Positions 1 to 8,555 of a stretch of DNA of 64,000 nucleotides are shown here, piece by piece. Both the position numbers and the translations under genes were made by a program. Where the stretch lies: positions 1,280,001 through 1,344,000 of the forward strand of contig OY970296.1 in NCBI GenBank assembly GCA_963716175.1, written 5' to 3'. The DNA is from an uncultured Armatimonadetes bacterium. GTDB taxonomy: Bacteria > Armatimonadota > Hebobacteria > Hebobacterales > Hebobacteraceae. Each line of letters opens with the position of its first letter. Within the stretch, counting starts at the first letter, position 1. A model generated the notes under the pieces. It did no database searches. It was not told the DNA's origin and saw only the letters and a program-made list of their open reading frames with translations.

Positions 1-325
1 GCAGGCGCGGGCTCCGCCGGAACTCGATGGCGGCGCTGATCACCCCCACCCAGGCCGCCACTGCAGGCCCGAAGATCAGAAGACAAGCGTAGTCCACGGC
101 AAAGCCGACCGTCGTGGTGGCCCCGCCGCGCCCTGGCAGGCGCACCGGGTACAGGACCATGAGCACGGTGAGGGCCAAGAAGAAACCGGCCTCCCAGGAC
201 ACGGAGACCGGCGGATGGGGACTCCAGCCTCGCCACCAGGCTAGGCTCAGCCACGCCAGAAGAACATAGCCTGAGACTCCGACCACGACCATGAACGGCG
301 AGTGTAGCTTCGATGGCTGCTGCAT
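1..325 (-). CDS. Membrane sensor protein, N-terminal part (runs off the left edge); resembles the membrane domain of HD-GYP/GGDEF signalling proteins
   Basis: ATG at 325; MQQPSKLHSPFMVVVGVSGYVLLAWLSLAWW...YPVRLPGRGGATTTVGFAVDYACLLIFGPAVAAWVG; several TM helices. Output domain is outside the window. Confidence 0.6.
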   Translation of the reverse strand, partial: MQQPSKLHSPFMVVVGVSGYVLLAWLSLAWWRGWSPHPPVSVSWEAGFFLALTVLMVLYPVRLPGRGGATTTVGFAVDYACLLIFGPAVAAWVGVISAAIEFRRSPRL

Positions 326-404
326 GGCTGCGACCTCTGCTCTGACGGTTGCCCAGATTAAGCGAGCCGAGGCCGTGTGCTAACAGCTCACGTCATGCGC
401 TAGC

Positions 405-482
405 TTACGGCCAACCAACACGAGCGCCGCCCGCCAACACGAGCGAGAGCAGCGCCAGCACAACCGAGATCCACTTGCCCAC
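405..482 (-). CDS. 25-aa small secreted/membrane peptide MGKWISVVLALLSLVLAGGARVGWP
   Basis: GTG start at 482 preceded by GGAGGTG (5-nt spacing), TAA at 405-407; basic N-terminus, hydrophobic core, polar Trp-containing tail; below the ORF-track size cut-off. Confidence 0.75.
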   Translation of the reverse strand: MGKWISVVLALLSLVLAGGARVGWP

Positions 483-654
483 AGGAACACCTCCAGGAGC
501 TAAAGCTCTGTCCGCCTTCCGCTACTTGGCAGACAGGCAACCGCTCCGCTGGGTGCTCACATCTTCCGTGGCCCCGGCTCGCGTCCGCTCAGTTGTCACA
601 CCCGATTGCTCTCCGTCTTCTCCTTTGACCGGAAGCGCCCGGCGCGCGCCGGAT

Positions 655-1323
655 CTAGGCAGAGAGCGCCGGCAGGCGTCGGTTCAGCGCGTCCAGCACG
701 GCCAGCGCCGCCGCCCTCCAGGGATCATCTCGCACTAGCGCCGACCCCAGCAACTCCTCTTCCTGCCTGCGCCCCAGCACGCGCACGGTGGCCATGACAC
801 AGGGCCGGCCGTTCACCTGGGATCGGGTGAAGTCGCGCAGCTCCAGGCCGGGGATGGCATCGAGGCTGGTGGCGCGCAAGAACTCCTCCACCGCCGCCAG
901 GCTGGCCCGGGCAACTAGCTGCTCCTGGTCGAGCTGGGAGCCGACGGGCATGGAGGCGGCGCCGGTGTAGCTGTCATCACCGCGGCCCACCGAGACTCGC
1001 GCCCGCGCGGTGGTGCGGTCAATGGAGTAATCAATGCTTAGGAACTTGAGACGAGCTTCCACCACCGGTTCGGCTGGGTTTGAGCCCCGGACCTGGGCGA
1101 TGCTGATCTTGCGGTGGTCTACCCGGGTCCCGAGGTCGGAGAAGAGAGCGGATTCGATATCACGTCCCAACTGCTTGGGATGCCGACTCTGGTCGGCGAC
1201 CACGTGGATCTCGATGATATCACCGCGGTTATCGGTCACCACCCGCGCCGACAGCACGCCCCGCAGGCGTGTGATGGTAGCCTCCGCATCCGCAACGGCA
1301 GCCCGATTCTGCAGGTCACCCAT
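655..1323 (-). CDS. Conserved hypothetical cytoplasmic protein
   Basis: ATG at 1323 after AGGGAGGG; motifs EIHVVA...PKQLGRDIESAL...VDHRKISIAQ and C-terminal A.LAVLDALNRRL. Confidence 0.8.
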   Translation of the reverse strand: MGDLQNRAAVADAEATITRLRGVLSARVVTDNRGDIIEIHVVADQSRHPKQLGRDIESALFSDLGTRVDHRKISIAQVRGSNPAEPVVEARLKFLSIDYSIDRTTARARVSVGRGDDSYTGAASMPVGSQLDQEQLVARASLAAVEEFLRATSLDAIPGLELRDFTRSQVNGRPCVMATVRVLGRRQEEELLGSALVRDDPWRAAALAVLDALNRRLPALSA

Positions 1324-1454
1324 GTGGCCAAGCCCTCCCTTAGCCGCGAGTCTGGGCCTACCCGACGCGAAACCGGATGCGTCCCGCAGGGGGCGACGGG
1401 CGTCATCACAGCTCAAGCTAGCAGCACGCAGGCTTTCCAGCCCGACCAACCGCG

Positions 1455-1483
1455 ATGATAGCAGGGACCGGGACGGGTGTCAA
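1455..1483 (-). promoter_or_regulatory. Sigma70-type promoter for the 655-1323 unit
   Basis: TTGACA-17nt-TATCAT with extended -10 TG on the minus strand. Confidence 0.7.
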
Positions 1484-1612
1484 GGACCGCTTGACCCCGC
1501 TGGCGGACAGCAAGGGTTTGGTGGGGCGCTGACCAGGCGGCTTGGGGCAAGCAGATCACGGGGGCGGGAAGAGGCCGGGCGCCGAGCCGTCAGGCCGGGT
1601 CGGCAGCCAGCC

Positions 1613-1641
1613 TTGACAGTCACCTGGCCGAATGCTATCCT
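1613..1641 (+). promoter_or_regulatory. Sigma70-type promoter upstream of the GNAT gene
   Basis: TTGACA-17nt-TATCCT with extended -10 TG. Confidence 0.65.
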
Positions 1642-1650
1642 CCGCCCCAC

Positions 1651-1748
1651 CATGAGTGCGATCAGCAGGCACCAGTTTGGTCTGACAGTCAGGGCCCGAC
1701 TCATGTCCGGGTGCGAACTCGCGTGCCCGCAACTGGTGCCTGCTGATC
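1651..1748 (+). other. Structured leader or small palindromic element
   Basis: Perfect 18-bp inverted repeat 1660-1677/1731-1748 enclosing two hairpins; CATGAGT (1651) complementary to ACTCATG (1699). Confidence 0.5.
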
Positions 1749-1871
1749 CGCCACCATAGTTTCCCAGCCTAGAGAGCCGATCAGGCGAGACCGCAGGCAG
1801 CTTTGGCAGGCCTGCGGTCTCTGGTTTCTGGGCAGGTCGCGGACCTGCCCTACTGGGAAGGAGGAAAGCTG

Positions 1872-2879
1872 ATGAGCGAGGCGCGAGTGCGGTTGAGGCC
1901 GATCACGGAGGCCGATCTGCCGGACTACGTGGTGTGGCTGAACGACCCGGAGGTGACGCAGTTCATGGCCGCGGAGGCTGGGAACTACACGCTCGAGAGA
2001 GAGCGGGAGTGGCTCGCGCGCATCTCTGACCCCGAGTGCCGTGAGCGCCACTGGGCTATCGAACTGGATGGGCGGCATATCGGCAACTGCGCGCTGATGC
2101 CTGACTCGGCCGGGCAGACCGCCGGGTTCGGGATCATGATCGGTGATAAGAGGGCCTGGAACAAGGGCTACGGCACGGCGGCCCTGCAGCAGGTGCTGCG
2201 GATCGGGTTCCAGGAGATGGGGCTGCACCGGATTCACCTGGAGGCCTTCAGCGGCAACGCCCGCGGCATCCGCTGCTATCAGAAGTGCGGATTCCGGCAT
2301 GAGGGAGTGGCGCGCAAAGCGCGGCTCAAGCGGGGCGAGTGGGTGAATGTGGTGAGGATGGCGATGCTGCGCGAGGAATGGGAGGCCTGTAGGGCGGGCG
2401 TTCCCACGCCCGCCGGGGCGGGGTTCGGTGACCCCGCCCTACAGCAGATCGCAATCCGCAGCTACCGCGGGGCTGACTATGAGCAGGCAATCGCTTTGTG
2501 GGAGGCGGTAGGCTTCAACGTGAGAGGGAGGGGCGATAGCAGAGAGGCGATTCAGTACAAGCTGGCCAACGACCGCGGGCCGTTTCTGGTGGCCGAGATG
2601 AGCGGACACGTGGTAGGCACGGCGATGGCAAGCTGGGACGGGCGGTGGGCCTGGGTGTATCGGCTAGCGATAGACTCGGATCACCGGTGCAGAGGGATCG
2701 GTCGCCGGTTGATGGTGGAGGTGGAGCGCCGACTGGCCGCACTCGGCACGCAGCGCATCCACCTGGTCACGGGAGAGGAGAACGGTGTCGCCAGGGCGTT
2801 CTATGAGAGTCTGGGCTATCAGCCGGGGGACGACCTGGTGGTGATGCGGAAGACCCTGCCTGTGGGCGCAAGCAGGTAG
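1872..2879 (+). CDS. Tandem GNAT acetyltransferase (RimJ/RimL-like domain plus a second GNAT domain)
   Basis: GGAGG RBS; two acetyl-CoA motifs WNKGYGT and RCRGIGRRL; N...Y.K.GF motif. Confidence 0.9.
   Translation: MSEARVRLRPITEADLPDYVVWLNDPEVTQFMAAEAGNYTLEREREWLARISDPECRERHWAIELDGRHIGNCALMPDSAGQTAGFGIMIGDKRAWNKGYGTAALQQVLRIGFQEMGLHRIHLEAFSGNARGIRCYQKCGFRHEGVARKARLKRGEWVNVVRMAMLREEWEACRAGVPTPAGAGFGDPALQQIAIRSYRGADYEQAIALWEAVGFNVRGRGDSREAIQYKLANDRGPFLVAEMSGHVVGTAMASWDGRWAWVYRLAIDSDHRCRGIGRRLMVEVERRLAALGTQRIHLVTGEENGVARAFYESLGYQPGDDLVVMRKTLPVGASR
2387..2444. repeat. Inverted pair of GTAG-type REP palindromes inside the GNAT gene
   Basis: CTGTAGGGCGGG...CCCGCCCTACAG terminal inversion, each half forming its own hairpin. 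Confidence 0.7.
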
Positions 2880-4513
2880 AACGCGGTGTCGCCGGCGCGG
2901 GCGGGCTGCCACCGGGATCGGTAGATGTGCCAAAGGTCGGAGACGGCAGCGATCTGCTGGCCGTAGCGCTGCAGGGTGATGGGGTCGAACTGGACCGCCT
3001 CCTGGAGGATGAAGACGCGGGCTTTCTGGGCGAGGGTGCGATCAATGGCCTGGCGCACCCGCTGCACGTAAGCCTGAGGATTGCCGGCCTCGCCATAGGC
3101 AGCAGTGAGGCTCAACACCCTGGCCCTGGTGAACCGCCTGACATACCCCGCCAGGATCCACTCGCGATCTATGATGATCAGGTCCCTGGGCCCGGCCAAG
3201 GCGGCGAGGGGCTCGACCTTGTGATAGTAGTAGTCGGTCTGCGGCGTCACCAGGAAGGTGATGCTGCCCAGGAGGTTCACCAGGAAGAGCAGCGCGGCCG
3301 GAACTGAGAGCGCGAGCAGAGTGCGCGTCCGCGACTGCTCTCCAGCGGTCACAAGCGCAATGAAGAGCAACCAGCAGCAGACAGACTGGGGGATCCAGAA
3401 CTCCAGGTTGGAGGGCTCCCAGAAGAAAAAGAAGGCGCTGTAGATCGCCAGCCAGGCGAGGGTGAGGGGCACCAGGCCGTGGGGCTCTCGCCAGAGCAGT
3501 CGCAGGTTGCGCAGTCGGGAGGCGAAGAGCCAGACCAGAATGACCCCCAGGAGGAGCGAGAGCGCGAGCAGGGCCAAGGCCGTCCTCGCCGAGAGGGAGT
3601 GTGTGACGAAGGCATCGTCCATCAGCCAGTGGCCGGCCAGCACCCGCTCCAGCGACGCTTTCGCCACCGGAATCGCCCACATGAAATGGAAACCGATGAT
3701 AGCGTGGCCGACACCGATCAGAGCCTTCACCAGGGTGGAGAGGGCAAGCCGCTGCCAGAGATCGGATTGGTGGGCATAGAGCGTGAGCCAGTACCAGGCC
3801 TGTGCCGAGGTGCGGAGATGTAAGACGACAAGCATGACCAGAGTGTAGGGCAGTACTACCAGGGGCAGGAAGACCAGGGCATAGGCGGCCCCTGCCCGCC
3901 AGGGCGAGGGCACCTGGCGGCGCCGAATCAGCAGGGCGAGCAGCACCACCGGGAGGAAGAGCAGGTGGGCCTGATGGAAGAGCACGGCCAGGCCCGTGGT
4001 GAGGCCCACCGCGGCGCATCGCCTGCTATCGAGGCGGTCGCCCGTGAGCAGATAGAGCGAGAGCAGGAGGAAGAAGAGGGGGATGACGTAAACCTCAACG
4101 CAGTCGCTGTAGAACCAGAGGCCGAACGAGAACGCGGGCAGGGCAGTGGCGAGTAGGGAGGCGCTGATGTTCAGCCGCAGGCGCGCCCGGAGCAGCAGGT
4201 AGAAGACGCAAAGGGTGAGCGCGCCGAACACGGAGTTGAGGAGAGAGACGATCACCGCGCTGTCCGCTCTGACGCCGAGAGCGCGCCAGAGGTCCAGCCA
4301 GATTGCAGCAGAGGCGTTGTAGAGCAGGTGGTGGGGGTGGAAGAGGTCGACGCGAGCGTCAATGGCGTTGATGTAGGCGATGCTGTCATGGGAGGCCGAG
4401 AGGTTGCGCGAGACGGTGGAGGCGTACAAGGCGAGTGACAGGAAGAACGGGAGCAACAGCTCGCGAATCGTAGGCAGCGGGGCTCTCGCGGAGGATGTAG
4501 CTTGCGCCTGCAT
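2819..4513 (-). CDS. Polytopic GT-C fold glycosyltransferase-like protein (DUF2723/GT39-like)
   Basis: About 11-13 TM helices; first loop SHDS.AY...HPHHLLY; VEVY motif. Confidence 0.7.
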   Translation of the reverse strand: MQAQATSSARAPLPTIRELLLPFFLSLALYASTVSRNLSASHDSIAYINAIDARVDLFHPHHLLYNASAAIWLDLWRALGVRADSAVIVSLLNSVFGALTLCVFYLLLRARLRLNISASLLATALPAFSFGLWFYSDCVEVYVIPLFFLLLSLYLLTGDRLDSRRCAAVGLTTGLAVLFHQAHLLFLPVVLLALLIRRRQVPSPWRAGAAYALVFLPLVVLPYTLVMLVVLHLRTSAQAWYWLTLYAHQSDLWQRLALSTLVKALIGVGHAIIGFHFMWAIPVAKASLERVLAGHWLMDDAFVTHSLSARTALALLALSLLLGVILVWLFASRLRNLRLLWREPHGLVPLTLAWLAIYSAFFFFWEPSNLEFWIPQSVCCWLLFIALVTAGEQSRTRTLLALSVPAALLFLVNLLGSITFLVTPQTDYYYHKVEPLAALAGPRDLIIIDREWILAGYVRRFTRARVLSLTAAYGEAGNPQAYVQRVRQAIDRTLAQKARVFILQEAVQFDPITLQRYGQQIAAVSDLWHIYRSRWQPARAGDTAFYLLAPTGRVFRITTRSSPG

Positions 4514-4639
4514 GGTGCGATGTGGGGCGCGGCCCGGCCGTCTGCGACAGCCACCAGCGGGCTTGCTCCGAACCCCGGCCCCTTAGGAGTAGTTCGGCGG
4601 TGGGCGCGCCTCCCCTGCTGGGTCGGCGCGCAGCGGTGC

Positions 4640-4665
4640 GGGCAGGAGCCAAGCTCCTGCCCAAC
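4640..4665. repeat. REP-like palindrome GGCAGGAG-N5-CTCCTGCCCAAC, copy 1
   Basis: Same hairpin at 17713, 18626 and 43815. Confidence 0.7.
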
Positions 4666-4706
4666 AAGCAGGTCAAGGTGTACGATGCGAAAGGTGAGAA
4701 GCGCCG

Positions 4707-5498
4707 ATGAGGCCCGACCTCACGCGTTACGAGGACCCCTGGACGGCCGAGGTTTATGACTACGAGGTAGGAGCATCCTGGGGCGAGCGGGATGTTGAGT
4801 TCTACCTGGGCCTGGGGCAGCAGAGCGCCGGGCCTGTGCTCGAGCTGGCCTGCGGGACCGGCCGGGTGGCGCTGCCTCTGGCCCGGGCTGGGGTGAAGAC
4901 AACCGGCCTGGATATCTCGCCGCACATGCTGGCGGCAGCGGAGCGCAAGGCGGCAGCGGAGGAGCCCGACGTTCGGGGCCGCCTTCGGCTGGTTCAGGGG
5001 GATATGAGCGCATTCGAATTGGGCCGGCGCTTCGGCCTCATCATCGTCCCCTTTCGCGCGTTCCAGGCATTGCTGGAGCGGGAGCAGCAGCGGGGGTGCT
5101 TGGTGTGCTGCGCGCGCCATCTGCATCCAGACGGGAGGCTGGTGATCAACGTGTTCAACCCGCTGCTGAGCCGCCTGGCGACGAAGGGCGAAGTGGAGGA
5201 GGAGCCGGATGAGTTTCCGGGGCCGGAGGGGGTGATGGTGCGCTGGAGCGCGCACACCAGCTACGACACGGCCGGGCAGAGACTGATCTCGCGCCAGCGC
5301 TACCAGTGCGCGGCGGCCGACGGCCAGGTCCAGGTGCGCGAGCACGTGCTGGAGCTGCGCTACATATTCCGGTTCGAGATGGAGTGGATGCTGGAGGCCT
5401 GCGGGTTCGCGGTGGAGGATCTCTATGGCAACTTCGATCGCAGCGCGTTCGCAGCCGACAGCCCAGAGATGATCTTCGTGGCGAGGAAGATGAGGTGA
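4707..5498 (+). CDS. Class I SAM-dependent methyltransferase
   Basis: VLELACGTGR, GLDISP.ML and GDM motifs. Confidence 0.9.
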   Translation: MRPDLTRYEDPWTAEVYDYEVGASWGERDVEFYLGLGQQSAGPVLELACGTGRVALPLARAGVKTTGLDISPHMLAAAERKAAAEEPDVRGRLRLVQGDMSAFELGRRFGLIIVPFRAFQALLEREQQRGCLVCCARHLHPDGRLVINVFNPLLSRLATKGEVEEEPDEFPGPEGVMVRWSAHTSYDTAGQRLISRQRYQCAAADGQVQVREHVLELRYIFRFEMEWMLEACGFAVEDLYGNFDRSAFAADSPEMIFVARKMR

Positions 5499-6925
5499 GG
5501 GGGCAGCGCGCCTGCGCTGACCCCGATGGGGCGAAGAGGGACAGCGGGCCGCCATCACCGAAGCAAAACAGCGCCATTCTCATCGCTCTCGCGCTCGTCC
5601 TCTGGGCGCTGTTCTGGCTGTTTGCCCACACTGACCGCTCGCTGGGCATGCGTGGGCGGCAGATGCTGCTGTTCTTCGCCGCGTTCACAGTATTTCTGGT
5701 CGCCGTCCGCATCATCTGGCGAGTGGGAGCCGGGGCATCGGCGCGGCTGGTCTGGTTCATTATTATGGCCGGCATCGTCTTCCGGCTGAGCGTGGCGCCC
5801 GCGCTGCCGGTCACGAGCTCGGATATCTATCGCTATCTCTGGGAAGGACGCGTGGTGCGCGCTGGGTTCAACCCCTTTAGCGACGCACCCGACTCGGAGC
5901 GGCTGGCTCGCCTGCGGAGCTGGCCCTGGGAGTGGGTGGACTTCAAGCAAGTGCCGGCCGCGTACCCTCCCGTGGCGCAGTACGTGTTTGCCGTCAGCGA
6001 CTGGATCTCGGGCGCATTCCCGCCCGCCGGCCGGGTGGTGGCGCTCAAGCTGATGCTGGCCGCCTTCGATATCGGGACCGTGCTGCTGCTCCCGGGACTG
6101 CTGGTGCGGCTGGGCCGGCCTCCGGCCTGGGCGCTGCTCTATGCCTGGCACCCCCTGGTGGTGGGCGACGTGGTCGCGCGCGGGCACCTCGATAGCATCG
6201 GGATCTTCTTCCTGGTGCTGGCGGCGCGCTTGCTGCTGCTCGGCTCCCCGGCCGGCCGTGGTCTGGCGGGCGCGGCGCTGGGCGCGAGCGTGCTGGCCAA
6301 GGGCTACGCGCTGTTAGCGCTGCCGTTCCTGCTGCTGGCAGCGCGGCCGCATCGCGTGAGCTTCGCGGCCGGCCTGCTCGCGCTGACGGCGGCCGCCTAT
6401 CTGCCATTCGCTCGCGCCGGAGCAGCGGTCCTGGGCGGCATCGGCCTCTATAGCCGGTACTGGCAGGGGAACTCCAGTGTCTACTCGGTGGTGCGTCTGG
6501 CTCTCGCCCCCTTGGCGCGGGACCCCGCCCTGGTGGCGCGGTGGATCTGCGTGGCTGGTCTGCTGGCCTGGGTGCTCTTATTGCTGGTACGCTCGACAAG
6601 AGGCGGGGAGGAGCTGGACGCTCTCGATCTCTGCTTTCTTTCGCTTGCCGGGTTCTTCTTGCTGAGCCCCGCGGCCTACCCCTGGTACCTGGCGTGGACT
6701 GTGCCTTTCCTCTGCCTGCGGCCTCGCCCGGCCTGGCTGCTGCTGACCGGGACCATCTTCGGGTTCTACGGCCACGACCTCGCCGGGCACCGGGTCGAGA
6801 TCTGGTGGGTGACTGTTCTCGAGTATTTGATGCCACTGCTGGCGGGTGCCGCCCTGGCGCTCAGCGCCTCCCGCGGCTCGTCGCCGGCCAAGAATTCTCC
6901 CCATTCCGGGCGGTTTATCTGTTGA
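5495..6925 (+). CDS. GT-C membrane glycosyltransferase (GT87/DUF2029-like)
   Basis: GTG overlapping upstream TGA; SSDIYRYLWEG...GFNPF, YPP, YAWHP, GHLD and YPWY motifs. Confidence 0.8.
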   Translation: MRGQRACADPDGAKRDSGPPSPKQNSAILIALALVLWALFWLFAHTDRSLGMRGRQMLLFFAAFTVFLVAVRIIWRVGAGASARLVWFIIMAGIVFRLSVAPALPVTSSDIYRYLWEGRVVRAGFNPFSDAPDSERLARLRSWPWEWVDFKQVPAAYPPVAQYVFAVSDWISGAFPPAGRVVALKLMLAAFDIGTVLLLPGLLVRLGRPPAWALLYAWHPLVVGDVVARGHLDSIGIFFLVLAARLLLLGSPAGRGLAGAALGASVLAKGYALLALPFLLLAARPHRVSFAAGLLALTAAAYLPFARAGAAVLGGIGLYSRYWQGNSSVYSVVRLALAPLARDPALVARWICVAGLLAWVLLLLVRSTRGGEELDALDLCFLSLAGFFLLSPAAYPWYLAWTVPFLCLRPRPAWLLLTGTIFGFYGHDLAGHRVEIWWVTVLEYLMPLLAGAALALSASRGSSPAKNSPHSGRFIC

Positions 6926-6950
6926 CACCGCTTTGATCGAGTGCTATATT
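6922..6950 (+). promoter_or_regulatory. Near-consensus sigma70 promoter
   Basis: TTGACA-17nt-TATATT with extended -10 TG. Confidence 0.75.
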
Positions 6951-7746
6951 GCCAGGTAACCGGGCGGGGGGGATCGCTGAGCCCATCCGAGAGTCCTGCT
7001 GAGTTCCTGTTACCGCCGGCAAATAGATGCGCGAGGCGGGGATAGTACGGCCGGCTTCGGGCGGGGACCCTCGTTGTTCTCTGCCGCCGTTCTCCCTGGT
7101 AAGACACGAGTGCTGTAGTCATTGAGTACCCGCGCGGCTCCTGGCCTGCAGCAGAGCGTGCTACGCCTGGCCTCGCACTGAGGAAGGTCTGAGTCCGGGT
7201 TTTCGTCACGACAGCAGGCAGCCGCCTTCGGCGGCAGGTAGTCCTCTAGCAGCCACGCAGATTGCACCCATTGCAGCCCCCGGTGATGTGAAAGTCGTTT
7301 GCGGCCCTGGCGGTCGCGTGAGTGAGCGCGAGTCGGGCCAGGGGGGCCGGCCCGAGGGGTTACTGGAAGAGTCACCCACTAGACCAGCCGGCTCCCCGGC
7401 TCGGCTGAACCGGAGGGAGTGACGTCGGGTGCAGTGCACCCGTAAGGGCTGATGACGTACCAGGCCGAGAGGCGACACCGGCGCTGGAGCAGCGGCGCTG
7501 CGTCGGACCTGAGACCCAGCAGAGGAGGTGATGCAGTTGGGATTGGTGGCAGCGAAGGACCGAGGAGCCAGGACGAGCACTTGGAAGGGCCGTCACTGGG
7601 CACCCCCCGGTCCAGCTCTAGTATTGCCACATCTCTCCCCCTAAGTAAACCCCTGTGTGGTTCCACCCAACCCGCGCGTGGTGGCGCGGGGGCACACCCG
7701 GAGGCCTGGAGTCCGGGCAGACGGAGATGAAAAGGAGAGGTAGACA

Positions 7747-8448
7747 ATGCGTAAGGTGATGCTTCTTGCCCTCGTGGCCGCATTCGCGCTGAGCGCGGCG
7801 GCGGCCTTTGCCAATCCCGCCATCAACGATGGGCTGATCCCGGAGATTAATCCGGGTCACCTCGGAGGCGCGTCCGACAACTTCGTCGAGTTGTCTGGCG
7901 GCGGCTGGTGGGACGGCGTCTACGACTACGATGGGCCCAACCCCTGGATCAACATCGGCGGCAGCCTCGCGACCGAAGACATGAACGTGACCTGTGATGT
8001 CGAGCTGTACTGCTACGAGTCGCTGTCCGCGAACAACGTCTACTTCCACTTCAAGGGCGATTCGTATGCCCCGATGTCGGCCGTCATTGACGGTCTGATC
8101 AAGTCCAATAACGGCGAGTCCGTGGGGGTTGAACTACCCATAGGCAAGACTCTGCTCCAACTCGTCGGGACTACGGATGGCTGGGGCCGCGATGTGACTG
8201 CAGCCCCCGGCTACGATCCCATCCCGGTCACCTGGGAGCTGAGTGAAGACGGCGGCGCCAACTGGCGCACGGCCGACGACACTGGCATGGGGGCCAACGA
8301 GACTGTCTACGCCATGTGGTGGCTACTGGCGGCGGGCGACCCGTGCGACCATGCCTTCAAGTACCGGATCACGGTCTCACCCAAGTACCACCAGCCTGAT
8401 GGACATTACGTGCTGGATCCCAGGGTGGTTGTGGACCCGGTTCTGTAG
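7747..8448 (+). CDS. Secreted beta-rich protein, putative fimbrial/surface-fibre major subunit
   Basis: AAGGAGAGG RBS; Sec signal ending AFA; acidic and aromatic-rich; C-terminal QPDGHY.LDP strand. Confidence 0.7.
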   Translation: MRKVMLLALVAAFALSAAAAFANPAINDGLIPEINPGHLGGASDNFVELSGGGWWDGVYDYDGPNPWINIGGSLATEDMNVTCDVELYCYESLSANNVYFHFKGDSYAPMSAVIDGLIKSNNGESVGVELPIGKTLLQLVGTTDGWGRDVTAAPGYDPIPVTWELSEDGGANWRTADDTGMGANETVYAMWWLLAAGDPCDHAFKYRITVSPKYHQPDGHYVLDPRVVVDPVL

Positions 8449-8502
8449 CGGAGCCAGAACCTTCCCTGGCTAGGGGCTCACTCAGAGCCCACGGACTAGC
8501 GG

Positions 8503-8535
8503 CGGGGCGCGGGCTGCGCCGCAGCCCGCGCCCCG
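8503..8535 (+). terminator. Strong intercistronic hairpin
   Basis: Perfect 15-bp GC stem CGGGGCGCGGGCTGC/GCAGCCCGCGCCCCG, 3-nt loop; no U-tract. Confidence 0.55.
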
Positions 8536-8555
8536 GATTCCCTGGAGCAGCAAGG

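Noticed and set aside
7420-7480. CTGATGA plus a GCC-GAGA-GGC stem suggesting a hammerhead ribozyme or fluoride riboswitch
   Set aside because: No GAAA core after the stem, wrong spacing, and the 5' GGCGATGG element of the fluoride motif is absent
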